Positions 1-7,358 of a stretch of 10,210 bases of DNA are shown here, piece by piece. Positions within the stretch are counted from its first letter, which is position 1. Each line of letters starts with the position of its first letter. Source of the stretch: a virus; the UHGV virus genome UHGV-0150968; one strand, written 5' to 3'. A model generated the notes under the pieces. That model made no database searches. It was given only the letters and a program-made list of their open reading frames with translations, and was not told the DNA's origin. A program made the position numbers and the translations under genes.

Positions 1-301
1 ATCCATAACTACCTGTAATTGCCCCCCTTTTTTTGTAACAGTTCTTATATTGCTATATAGAATAGCCATTACTAATGCATTTAAATTTAATAAAATAAAA
101 ATTATAAAAAACATAAAACACCACGCAAACACACTTAATAAAAACACCGTTACATTAAAAGATAATAAAAACCACAATAAAAAACGAATAAATCAATTGT
201 CTCACGCAATTATAAAACATCATATTGATTACGCACCTTGTATTACAAACTCATGTATGTAAAATACGCGCACCATTCAAAAAAAAGGAAGACAATAACA
301 T

Positions 302-1261
302 ATGAAAAAAAGTGTCATCGCTGGCGTCTTTATTGCTCTGTCATTTACCACGTGTTCAGCTATCGCGAACAGCCTTGCATTATCATTAGCAAATGATGAT
401 GCAGGGAAGTTTCAACCAATACTTAATGATATTTATGGCAATAAACATGAAAACAGAGATGATTACTCACAAGGCTTATTTCTGGGATATAGCCACGATA
501 TCTCAGACTCGAGCCAATTATCTCTCCATATTGCGCAAGATATTTACTCTCCATCAGGCAGTAATAAAAGACACAACACAGCTGTAACTGGAGACAGAGC
601 TTTTAGTGCATACACTCACACTGGTATTGAATGGAACTCCCTTGCGAATGACTGGATTCGCTATCGATTAGGTACTGACATAGGTGTTGTTGGCCCCGAC
701 GCAGGCGGTCAGAAAGTACAAAATAAAGCTCATGAGATTATTGGGGCAGAAAAATATCATGCATGGGATGATCAAATAGAGAATCGCTACGGTTATACTG
801 TAAAAGGGATGCTATCCATGACACCAAGTATGGATATTTTAGGTGCTAATGTTGGATTATACCCTGAAGTTTCTGCTGTTACTGGAAACTTATTTCAATA
901 TGTAGCATATGGCGCAACCATTGCCATTGGTAATGATAAAACCTTCAATTCGGATAATGGCTTTGGTCTGCTGGCTCCCCGTGGTTTAATGCATATGTCC
1001 GATACAAGCGGATTCAAATACAAGATTTTTGCAGGTATGGAAAGACGAGATGTCAATCGCAACTATACTCTCGAAGGAAAAACAATACAGACGAAACAAA
1101 CAACAGTATCGCTGAACAAAACTGTTGATGAATATCAAGTTGGCGCAACAATTGGGTATGCACCTGTAGCCTTCACACTAGCATTTAATAAAGTAACATC
1201 AGAATTCAAGACAGGGGATGACTATTCATTTATAAATGGAGCAATCACCTTCTTTTTTTAA
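302..1261 (+). CDS. lpxR: Outer-membrane lipid A 3'-O-deacylase, LpxR family (319 aa precursor)
   Basis: N-terminal signal peptide (MKKSVIAGVFIALSFTTCSAIA); C-terminal aromatic ...ITFFF typical of OM beta-barrels; AGGAAG RBS about 10 nt upstream of ATG. If cleaved after AIA, mature residues N9, D10 and H122 coincide with the LpxR catalytic residues as I recall them (N9, D10, T34, H122), with S at position 34. Length matches Salmonella LpxR (319 aa) from memory. Confidence 0.6.
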   Translation: MKKSVIAGVFIALSFTTCSAIANSLALSLANDDAGKFQPILNDIYGNKHENRDDYSQGLFLGYSHDISDSSQLSLHIAQDIYSPSGSNKRHNTAVTGDRAFSAYTHTGIEWNSLANDWIRYRLGTDIGVVGPDAGGQKVQNKAHEIIGAEKYHAWDDQIENRYGYTVKGMLSMTPSMDILGANVGLYPEVSAVTGNLFQYVAYGATIAIGNDKTFNSDNGFGLLAPRGLMHMSDTSGFKYKIFAGMERRDVNRNYTLEGKTIQTKQTTVSLNKTVDEYQVGATIGYAPVAFTLAFNKVTSEFKTGDDYSFINGAITFFF

Positions 1262-1309
1262 CTGAATTGAATTCAATCAAAATAACATAAGTCCAACAAA
1301 AACATAAAG

Positions 1310-1344
1310 TGCGAAATGAATGCCAGCTCCATTTATTTCGCACT
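1310..1344. terminator. Perfect 9-bp inverted repeat (GTGCGAAAT...ATTTCGCAC) between convergent lpxR and ninI; T-rich tract follows on the - strand
   Basis: Seen directly in the sequence. On the - strand the hairpin is followed by CTTTATGTTTTTGTTGG; on the + strand the trailing sequence is A/T-rich but not a clean U-run. Confidence 0.4.
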
Positions 1345-1464
1345 ATAAAAGATTAAAAGTTGCAATAAAATGACTCAGTTACGAAAACCAATAAACTGTG
1401 GCCAGTAGTGAGTCGCTCATCATCGGGCTTTTTGGCGAATGAAATTTAGCTACGCTTTCGAGTC

Positions 1465-2130
1465 TCATGCGCCTTCTCCCTGTACCTGAATCAATGTGAG
1501 GTTTCCGCAGAACACTGCGCCAGTATCGATATACATCTGGTTGGCAAATTTGAGTGGTTTCACTGCTGGCGTATGACCAAAGATGAACGTGTCCGCGCCT
1601 TTGATTTCTTTCACGATCCCGTCTTGTGAGTTGCTGATTCGTTCGCGGTTCCAGATTACCTGCTGATGATCAACTGGCTTTCCAAACTCGTATTTATCAC
1701 AAGGATAATCGGCGTGGCAAATGACATATTTTTTATCTTTGCTCACCAGTTCGATGATTAACGGAAGTTCTTCTGCTTTATGGGCAAGAACTTTAGCCAG
1801 AGTCTCTTTGTCGTAATCGAGATTAAAGAACCAGCCACCGCCATTAAGCAGCCAGTGATTAACGTTTCCACGCTCTGATAAGCCATCAATCATCATTTGC
1901 TCATGGTTTCCACGCACAGCTCTGAACCAGGGGAATGTGATTAATTCCAGACATTCGACGTTCTCTGTACCGCGATCAACCAAATCGCCAACCGAGATGA
2001 GCAGGTCTTTTTTGGTGTCGAATCCAATCGTATCCAGTTTGTTCATCAGGTTCGTGTAGCATCCGTGCAGGTCGCCAGCTACCCAAATATTTCGGTATTT
2101 GCTGCCATCAATTCTTTCGTAGATATTCAT
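1465..2130 (-). CDS. ninI: Ser/Thr protein phosphatase, lambda NinI (orf221) type, 221 aa
   Basis: PPP-family motifs GDLHG, GDLVDRG and GNHE are present; the protein closely resembles my recollection of lambda orf221; start ATG overlaps the ninG stop (ATGA). Confidence 0.85.
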   Translation of the reverse strand: MNIYERIDGSKYRNIWVAGDLHGCYTNLMNKLDTIGFDTKKDLLISVGDLVDRGTENVECLELITFPWFRAVRGNHEQMMIDGLSERGNVNHWLLNGGGWFFNLDYDKETLAKVLAHKAEELPLIIELVSKDKKYVICHADYPCDKYEFGKPVDHQQVIWNRERISNSQDGIVKEIKGADTFIFGHTPAVKPLKFANQMYIDTGAVFCGNLTLIQVQGEGA

Positions 2131-2741
2131 GCAGCCTCACTTCTGCTGTTTCGCAGGTCTTTGAGTTTCTGTTGGTACTCTGCCTTGATCGCCTTGCACT
2201 CTTCGACAGTCCAGCGATGGCGGTTATGGTTTGATTCGATTTCGTCTACTGCTTCCTGCCCGATGCGGCTAATCAGTTCGACGCGATACGGAACGAGATT
2301 TCCGCTTTTGTGCTGGTTGCACACCACGCATTGCTTGTGAATATTGCGTTCATCAAATCGGAGTTGAGGTGCCGCAGCAGTTGTCCGGTAATGTCCGGCA
2401 TCCCACTGAGCAGACGTGAGCGTTCCGCACGAGATACATGGTAAGTCGCGGTCTCTTTCTCTGATGAAGGCGTTTACGGCTTGTTGGGCTTGTTTAATCC
2501 AGTAACTGCGGGGCTTTAAGGCGAGTTTTCGAATCTTAAGTTTATCTTTCTGTTTCTGCTCCTCTCGTCGTCGTTTCTTCTCTGCTGCTTTTTCCGCTTT
2601 TTCGCGTTCTTTACTTCGTCGTTCGAGTGCTATCTTGGTTCCACACTCTGGAGAGCACCACCACTGATTAGCGAATGCAGGGTGAAACCATTCCCGACAT
2701 TCATCGTTTTTACATCGTCTTCGCGCTGGTTTAGCCATCAT
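2127..2741 (-). CDS. ninG: NinG / Rap recombination-associated endonuclease, 204 aa
   Basis: 204 aa as in lambda NinG; N-terminus [15 protein letters not shown]...; several Cys pairs; its start overlaps the ninF stop. Confidence 0.85.
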   Translation of the reverse strand: MMAKPARRRCKNDECREWFHPAFANQWWCSPECGTKIALERRSKEREKAEKAAEKKRRREEQKQKDKLKIRKLALKPRSYWIKQAQQAVNAFIRERDRDLPCISCGTLTSAQWDAGHYRTTAAAPQLRFDERNIHKQCVVCNQHKSGNLVPYRVELISRIGQEAVDEIESNHNRHRWTVEECKAIKAEYQQKLKDLRNSRSEAA

Positions 2742-2901
2742 CTTCTTCCTCGTGCATCGAGCTATTCGAATCGCTCATCAGCTCTGCACAGCAGTGCTCA
2801 CACACGTGAACTTCCAGCACATGCAGCTTCTGACCGCAATTAGCGCACGTTAAAGCCCGCTCGACGCTTTCTTGTTCGTAACTTCGATTTGGGTCAATCA
2901 C
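2731..2901 (-). CDS. ninF: NinF-like small Cys-rich protein (56 aa from GTG at 2901; the ORF track extends to a GTG at 2943 giving 70 aa)
   Basis: C-terminal part ([20 protein letters not shown]...EEEDDG) matches lambda NinF as I recall it. The GTG at 2901 has a GAGGAA SD 8 nt upstream and overlaps the ninE stop (GTGA); the upstream GTG has no SD. Confidence 0.6.
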   Translation of the reverse strand: MIDPNRSYEQESVERALTCANCGQKLHVLEVHVCEHCCAELMSDSNSSMHEEEDDG

Positions 2902-3080
2902 CTTGTATTCCTCGCACGATGTCTTAGCCACCGGATATCCCACAGGTGAGCCGTGTAGTTGAAGGTTTTTACGTCAGATTCTTTTGGGATTGGCTTGCGT
3001 TTATTTCTGGAGCGTTTCGTTGGAAGGTATTTGCAGTTTTCGCAGATGATGTCGGTGAAACTTCGTCGTTGTCGCCTCAT
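2898..3080 (-). CDS. ninE: NinE, 60 aa
   Basis: 60 aa, [29 protein letters not shown]..., consistent with lambda NinE; ATG overlaps the stop of the upstream ORF (ATGA). Confidence 0.75.
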   Translation of the reverse strand: MRRQRRSFTDIICENCKYLPTKRSRNKRKPIPKESDVKTFNYTAHLWDIRWLRHRARNTR

Positions 3081-3373
3081 GCCGCCCTCCTGACGCCCTG
3101 CCCGATCGCCATCAATGCCGCTTTGGATACGATAGTAAACATCCGTCGAGGACTAATGAACGGTCGCCAAATCAGCAGCATGGAGCCTTTGCTGTTTCCC
3201 TTCTTCTCCAGCCCTGTCGATGGTTCGATAAAATTAATCCGTCCATCAGTGATAATACGAACTTCGTCAACACTCTCCAGAGCCTTGCTGAACCATCCGA
3301 CAGACATATCCTCTGGCACAAGCATCACTACACGAGAACCAGCGAGCCTGATGTGGTTAAAAGACAGGCACAA
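3077..3373 (-). CDS. Hypothetical protein upstream of ninE; start uncertain (TTG at 3373, first ATG at 3325), possibly a 5'-truncated remnant
   Basis: Its stop is coupled to the ninE start (ATGA) and its composition is protein-like, unlike the antisense frame. It has no ATG start or good SD, and the frame closes 2 codons upstream of 3373, within about 35 bp of the + strand orf28. Confidence 0.4.
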   Translation of the reverse strand: MCLSFNHIRLAGSRVVMLVPEDMSVGWFSKALESVDEVRIITDGRINFIEPSTGLEKKGNSKGSMLLIWRPFISPRRMFTIVSKAALMAIGQGVRRAA

Positions 3374-3408
3374 TCTTTACTACCGCAATCCACTATTTAA
3401 GGTGATAT

Positions 3409-3495
3409 ATGGAAGAAGAATTTGAAGAGTTCGAAGAGCATCCTCAGGATGTGATGGAACAATACCAGGACTATCCGTATGACTACGACTATTGA
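3409..3495 (+). CDS. Lambda orf28-like acidic peptide (28 aa, MEEEFEEFEEHPQDVMEQYQDYPYDYDY)
   Basis: AAGGTG SD upstream; overlaps the ral start by 17 bp, as in lambda by my recollection. Confidence 0.6.
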   Translation: MEEEFEEFEEHPQDVMEQYQDYPYDYDY

Positions 3496-3679
3496 TAAAA
3501 ATCAATGGTGTGGACAATTCAAGCGATGCAATGGATGCAAGCTGCAATCGAAATGCATGGTTAAGCCTGAAGAAATGTTTCCTGTAATGGAAGATGGGAA
3601 ATATGTCGATAAATGGGCAATACGAACGACGGCAATGATTGCCAGAGAACTTGGTAAACAGAACAACAAGGCTGCCTGA
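3479..3679 (+). CDS. ral: Ral, restriction-alleviation protein, 66 aa
   Basis: Protein MTTTIDKNQWCGQFKRCNGCKLQSKC...GKQNNKAA matches lambda Ral length and sequence from memory. Confidence 0.9.
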   Translation: MTTTIDKNQWCGQFKRCNGCKLQSKCMVKPEEMFPVMEDGKYVDKWAIRTTAMIARELGKQNNKAA

Positions 3680-3696
3680 TGGTGGCCTTCATTTTT
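3668..3696 (+). terminator. Hairpin plus U-tract immediately after ral, with the stop codon in the loop
   Basis: AAGGCTGCC-TGAT-GGTGGCCTT stem-loop followed by CATTTTT; seen in the sequence. Confidence 0.5.
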
Positions 3697-3718
3697 GGCA
3701 TAAACAACAGAGGCGAAG

Positions 3719-3916
3719 ATGTTGACAGTTGGAAAGGCATATTCAACTAAAAATGGAAAGACATTTAGTTGTGAAAAAGATATTGGAGAAATAGACACTA
3801 TCTTTCCATTTGGTGGATGGGTATACAATTCTGATGGAAGCAAAGACAGATTTGCATATTACACCAGAGGAGGTACTTATAAACTAACCAAATCAGAATA
3901 TGATTTAATTATTTAG
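3719..3916 (+). CDS. Hypothetical small protein, 65 aa, no recognisable family
   Basis: ATG with GAGG SD 5 nt upstream; AT-rich coding sequence; Gly/Tyr/Lys/Thr-rich product (MLTVGKAYSTKNGKTFSCEKDIGEIDTIFPFGGWVYNSDGSKDRFAYYTRGG...). It sits in the ral-ea10 intergenic region, which is about 205 bp longer here than in lambda by my recollection of coordinates. Confidence 0.5.
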   Translation: MLTVGKAYSTKNGKTFSCEKDIGEIDTIFPFGGWVYNSDGSKDRFAYYTRGGTYKLTKSEYDLII

Positions 3917-4020
3917 CACAGAGAAGCACTGTGTATTCATTCCAACGAGTGAATACACGGAGCAATGTCGCTCGTAACTAAACAGGAGCCGACTTGTTCT
4001 GATTATTGGAAATCTTCTTT

Positions 4021-4047
4021 GCCCTCCAATGTGAGGGCGATTTTTTA
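4021..4047 (+). terminator. Intrinsic terminator (GCCCTC-CAATGT-GAGGGC then GATTTTTTA) just upstream of ea10; position fits lambda tL2a
   Basis: Perfect 6-bp GC-rich stem followed by a T-run; maps to about lambda 33,930 under the coordinate offset inferred from int to ea10. Confidence 0.6.
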
Positions 4048-4066
4048 TCTGTGAGGATATGAACAG

Positions 4067-4435
4067 ATGTCAAACATCAAAAAATACATCATTGATTACG
4101 ACTGGAAAGCATCAATAGAAATTGAAATCGACCATGACGTAATGACAGAGGAAAAACTTCACCAGATTAATAATTTCTGGTCAGACTCTGAATACCGACT
4201 CAATAAACACGGCTCTGTATTAAATGCTGTATTAATCATGCTGGCGCAACATGCTCTGCTTATAGCAATTTCAAGCGACTTAAATGCATATGGTGTTGTG
4301 TGTGAGTTCGACTGGAATGATGGAAATGGTCAGGAAGGATGGCCTCCAATGGATGGTAGCGAAGGAATAAGAATTACCGATATCGATACATCAGGAATAT
4401 TTGATTCAGATGATATGACTATCAAAGCCGCCTGA
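4067..4435 (+). CDS. ea10: Ea10 protein, 122 aa
   Basis: 122 aa as in lambda Ea10; GAGGA SD upstream. Confidence 0.85.
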   Translation: MSNIKKYIIDYDWKASIEIEIDHDVMTEEKLHQINNFWSDSEYRLNKHGSVLNAVLIMLAQHALLIAISSDLNAYGVVCEFDWNDGNGQEGWPPMDGSEGIRITDIDTSGIFDSDDMTIKAA

Positions 4436-4458
4436 GCGCGGCGTTACCGCATACCAAT

Positions 4459-4485
4459 AACGCTTCACTCGAGGCGTTTTTCGTT
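4459..4485 (+). terminator. Hairpin (AACGCTTC-ACTC-GAGGCGTT) plus U-rich tail between ea10 and cIII; position fits lambda tL2b
   Basis: 8-bp stem with one G-U pair followed by TTTCGTT; seen in the sequence. Confidence 0.45.
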
Positions 4486-4507
4486 ATGTATAAATAAGGA
4501 GCACACC

Positions 4508-4672
4508 ATGCAATATGCCATTGCAGGGTGGCCTGTTGCTGGCTGCCCTTCCGAATCTTTACTTGAACGAATCACCCGTAAATTACGTGACGGATGGAAA
4601 CGCCTTATCGACATACTTAATCAGCCAGGAGTCCCAAAAAATGGATCAAACACTTATGGCTATCCAGACTAA
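4508..4672 (+). CDS. cIII: CIII, FtsH-inhibitor that stabilises CII, 54 aa
   Basis: Below the ORF-track size cutoff; translated by hand as [54 protein letters not shown]; AAGGAG SD upstream. Confidence 0.9.
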   Translation: MQYAIAGWPVAGCPSESLLERITRKLRDGWKRLIDILNQPGVPKNGSNTYGYPD

Positions 4673-4805
4673 ATTCACTATCGCCACTTTTATTGGCGAT
4701 GAAAAGATGTTTCGTGAGGCCGTCGACGCTTATAAAAAATGGATATTAATACTGAAACTGAGATCAAGCAAAAGCATTCACTACCCCCCTTCCCTGTTTT
4801 CCTAA
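4641..4805 (+). CDS. kil: Kil, host-killing FtsZ inhibitor; 54 aa here versus 47 aa in reference lambda by recollection
   Basis: ATG at 4641 overlaps the 3' end of cIII by 32 bp as in lambda; product [47 protein letters not shown] followed by YPPSLFS. Confidence 0.75.
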   Translation: MDQTLMAIQTKFTIATFIGDEKMFREAVDAYKKWILILKLRSSKSIHYPPSLFS

Positions 4806-5155
4806 TCAGCCCGGCATTTCGCGGACGATATTTTCACAGCTATTTCAGGAGTTCAGCCATGAACGCTTATTACATTCAGGATCGTCTTGAGGCTCAGAGC
4901 TGGACGCGTCACTACCAGCAGCTCGCCCGTGAAGAGAAAGAGGCAGAACTGGCAGACGACATGGAAAAAAGCCTGCCCCAGCACCTGTTTGAATCGCTAT
5001 GCATCGATCATTTGCAACGCCACGGGGCCAGCAAAAAAGCCATTACCCGTGCGTTTGATGACGATGTTGAGTTTCAGGAGCGCATGGCAGAACACATCCG
5101 GTACATGGTTGAAACCATTGCTCACCACCAGGTTGATATTGATTCAGAGGTATAA
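4739..5155 (+). CDS. gam: Gam (long form 138 aa; short form from the internal ATG at 4859 with AGGAG SD), RecBCD inhibitor
   Basis: Length and sequence match lambda Gam from memory. Confidence 0.9.
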   Translation: MDINTETEIKQKHSLPPFPVFLISPAFRGRYFHSYFRSSAMNAYYIQDRLEAQSWTRHYQQLAREEKEAELADDMEKSLPQHLFESLCIDHLQRHGASKKAITRAFDDDVEFQERMAEHIRYMVETIAHHQVDIDSEV

Positions 5156-5160
5156 AACGG

Positions 5161-5946
5161 ATGAGTACAGCACTCGCAACGCTGGCAGGGAAGCTGGCTG
5201 AACGTGTCGGCATGGATTCTGTCGACCCACAGGAACTGATCACCACTCTTCGCCAGACGGCATTTAAAGGTGATGCCAGCGATGCGCAGTTCATCGCATT
5301 GTTGATCGTCGCCAACCAGTACGGCCTTAATCCGTGGACGAAAGAAATTTACGCCTTCCCTGATAAGCAGAACGGCATCGTTCCGGTGGTGGGCGTTGAT
5401 GGCTGGTCCCGCATCATCAATGAAAACCAGCAGTTTGATGGCATGGACTTTGAGCAGGACAATGAATCATGTACATGCCGGATTTACCGCAAGGACCGTA
5501 ATCATCCGATCTGCGTTACCGAGTGGATGGATGAATGCCGCCGCGAACCATTCAAAACCCGCGAAGGCAGAGAAATCACCGGACCGTGGCAGTCGCATCC
5601 CAAACGGATGTTACGGCATAAAGCCATGATTCAGTGTGCCCGTCTGGCCTTCGGATTTGCTGGTATCTATGACAAGGATGAAGCCGAGCGCATTGTCGAA
5701 AATACTGCATACACTGCAGAACGTCAGCCGGAACGCGACATCACTCCGGTTAACGATGAAACCATGCAGGAGATTAACACTCTGCTGATCGCCCTGGATA
5801 AAACATGGGATGACGACTTATTGCCGCTCTGTTCCCAGATATTTCGCCGCGACATTCGCGCATCGTCAGAACTGACACAGGCCGAAGCAGTGAAAGCTCT
5901 TGGATTCCTGAAACAGAAAGCCACTGAGCAGAAGGTGGCAGCATGA
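5161..5946 (+). CDS. bet: Bet (Red-beta) single-strand annealing protein, 261 aa
   Basis: 261 aa; [37 protein letters not shown]... matches lambda Bet. Confidence 0.95.
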   Translation: MSTALATLAGKLAERVGMDSVDPQELITTLRQTAFKGDASDAQFIALLIVANQYGLNPWTKEIYAFPDKQNGIVPVVGVDGWSRIINENQQFDGMDFEQDNESCTCRIYRKDRNHPICVTEWMDECRREPFKTREGREITGPWQSHPKRMLRHKAMIQCARLAFGFAGIYDKDEAERIVENTAYTAERQPERDITPVNDETMQEINTLLIALDKTWDDDLLPLCSQIFRRDIRASSELTQAEAVKALGFLKQKATEQKVAA

Positions 5947-6623
5947 CACCGGACATTATCCTGCAGCGTACCGGGATCGACGTGAGAGCTGTCGAACAGG
6001 GGGATGATGCATGGCACAAATTACGGCTCGGCGTCATCACCGCTTCAGAAGTTCACAACGTGATAGCAAAGCCCCGCTCAGGAAAGAAGTGGCCTGACAT
6101 GAAAATGTCCTACTTCCACACCCTGCTGGCTGAGGTTTGCACCGGTGTGGCTCCGGAAGTTAATGCTAAGGCGCTGGCCTGGGGAAAACAGTACGAGAAC
6201 GACGCCAGAACCCTGTTTGAATTCACTTCCGGCGTGAATGTTACTGAATCCCCGATCATCTATCGCGACGAAAGTATGCGCACCGCCTGCTCTCCCGATG
6301 GTTTATGCAGTGACGGCAACGGCCTTGAACTGAAATGCCCGTTTACCTCCCGGGATTTCATGAAATTCCGGCTCGGTGGTTTCGAGGCAATAAAATCGGC
6401 TTACATGGCCCAGGTGCAGTACAGCATGTGGGTGACGCGAAAAGATGCCTGGTACTTTGCCAACTATGACCCGCGTATGAAGCGTGAAGGCCTGCATTAT
6501 GTCGTGATTGAGCGGAATGAAAAGTACATGGCGAGTTTTGACGAGATGGTGCCGGAGTTCATCGAAAAAATGGACGAGGCACTGGCTGAAATTGGTTTTG
6601 TATTTGGGGAGCAATGGCGATGA
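5943..6623 (+). CDS. exo: Exo (Red-alpha) 5'-3' exonuclease, 226 aa
   Basis: 226 aa; ATGA overlap with the bet stop; sequence matches lambda Exo. Confidence 0.95.
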   Translation: MTPDIILQRTGIDVRAVEQGDDAWHKLRLGVITASEVHNVIAKPRSGKKWPDMKMSYFHTLLAEVCTGVAPEVNAKALAWGKQYENDARTLFEFTSGVNVTESPIIYRDESMRTACSPDGLCSDGNGLELKCPFTSRDFMKFRLGGFEAIKSAYMAQVQYSMWVTRKDAWYFANYDPRMKREGLHYVVIERNEKYMASFDEMVPEFIEKMDEALAEIGFVFGEQWR

Positions 6624-6799
6624 CGCATCCTCACGATAATATCCGGGTAGGCGCAATCACTTTCGTCTACTCCGTTACAAAGCGAGGCTGGGTATTTCCC
6701 GGCCTTTCTGTAATCCGAAATCCCCTGAAAGCACAGCGGCTGGCTGAGGAGATAAATAATAAACGGGGGGGGCTGTATGCACAAAGCATCTCCCGTTGA
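6620..6799 (+). CDS. Lambda orf60a-like small protein (59 aa from the ATG overlapping the exo stop; 61 aa from ATG 6614)
   Basis: ATGA coupling to the exo stop; the C-terminal reading frame depends on the G8 homopolymer at 6765-6772. Confidence 0.55.
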   Translation: MTHPHDNIRVGAITFVYSVTKRGWVFPGLSVIRNPLKAQRLAEEINNKRGGLYAQSISR

Positions 6800-6968
6800 G
6801 TTAAGAACGAGTATCGAGATGGCACATAGCCTCGCTCAAATTGGAGTCAGGTTTGTGCCAATACCAGTAGAAACAGACGAAGAATTTCACACGTTAGCCG
6901 CATCCCTTTCACAAAAGCTGGAAATGATGGTGGCGAAAGCAGAAGCAGATGAGAGAGACCAGGTATGA
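6777..6968 (+). CDS. Lambda orf63-like protein, 63 aa
   Basis: 63 aa; the G-run 4 nt upstream serves as SD; overlaps the preceding ORF. Confidence 0.7.
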   Translation: MHKASPVELRTSIEMAHSLAQIGVRFVPIPVETDEEFHTLAASLSQKLEMMVAKAEADERDQV

Positions 6969-7048
6969 CAACCACTGAATGCATTTTTCTGGCAGCGGGC
7001 TTCATATTCTGTGTGCTTATGCTTGCCGACATGGGACTTGTTCAATGA
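6965..7048 (+). CDS. Possible 27-aa hydrophobic peptide (MTTTECIFLAAGFIFCVLMLADMGLVQ)
   Basis: ATGA-coupled to the orf63 stop and to the next ORF start; one predicted transmembrane stretch; very short, so speculative. Confidence 0.3.
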   Translation: MTTTECIFLAAGFIFCVLMLADMGLVQ

Positions 7049-7260
7049 CACCTCAGCAGGAAAACGCCCTTCGCAGCATTGCCCGTCAGGCTAATTCTGA
7101 AATCAAAAAAGCCAGACAGCAGTTTCCGGATAAAAACGTCGATGACATTTGCCGTAGCGTACTGAAGAAGCACCGCGAAACGGTAACGCTGATGGGATTC
7201 ACACCGACTCATTTAAGCCTGGCAATCGGCATGTTAAACGGCGTCTTTAAGGAACGATGA
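7045..7260 (+). CDS. Hypothetical 71-aa protein (MTPQQENALRSIARQANSEIKKARQQFPDKNVDD...)
   Basis: ATGA-coupled on both ends; protein-like composition. Confidence 0.5.
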   Translation: MTPQQENALRSIARQANSEIKKARQQFPDKNVDDICRSVLKKHRETVTLMGFTPTHLSLAIGMLNGVFKER

Positions 7261-7281
7261 ACATGAAAAGCAAAATCATCA

Positions 7282-7306
7282 GGGAGCTACAGGCTCCTTT
7301 TTTATT
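7282..7306 (+). terminator. Hairpin (GGGAGC-TACAG-GCTCC) followed by TTTTTTATT
   Basis: Seen in the sequence; lies inside a possible 31-aa ORF (7257-7352), which I therefore do not call as a gene. Confidence 0.45.
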
Positions 7307-7358
7307 ATTCGCATTCACCCTCAAGCGTATTAACCAACAATTCAGGGATTAATGAAAG

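Noticed and set aside
50-262. 70-aa ORF in the AT-rich region upstream of lpxR
   Set aside because: Low-complexity Lys/Asn/Ile-rich translation of AT-rich DNA with no RBS; more likely promoter or regulatory DNA than a gene.
393-587. 64-aa ORF in an alternative frame inside lpxR
   Set aside because: Fully embedded in the well-supported lpxR frame; no independent signals.
2946-3425. 159-aa + strand ORF spanning the junction
   Set aside because: Antisense to ninE and the coupled upstream ORF; GTG start without SD; Ser/Leu/Arg-rich composition typical of antisense frames. It does not match the expected position of an intact sieB.
3502-3843. - strand ORFs (113 aa and 61 aa) opposite ral and the 65-aa ORF
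   Set aside because: Antisense to confidently identified ral; no coupling or RBS.
4515-4805. 96-aa ORF starting at 4515
   Set aside because: Its upstream part is the cIII region read out of frame; the real gene is kil starting at the ATG at 4641.
4887-6040. Alternative-frame and antisense ORFs inside gam, bet and exo (4887-5201, 5043-5315, 5396-5629, 5724-6017, 5774-6040)
   Set aside because: All overlap strongly supported Gam, Bet and Exo frames and are best explained as chance open frames.
7257-7352. Possible 31-aa ORF ATGA-coupled to the 71-aa ORF
   Set aside because: Contains the hairpin plus T-run terminator at 7282-7306; could be a tiny coupled peptide but the evidence is insufficient.
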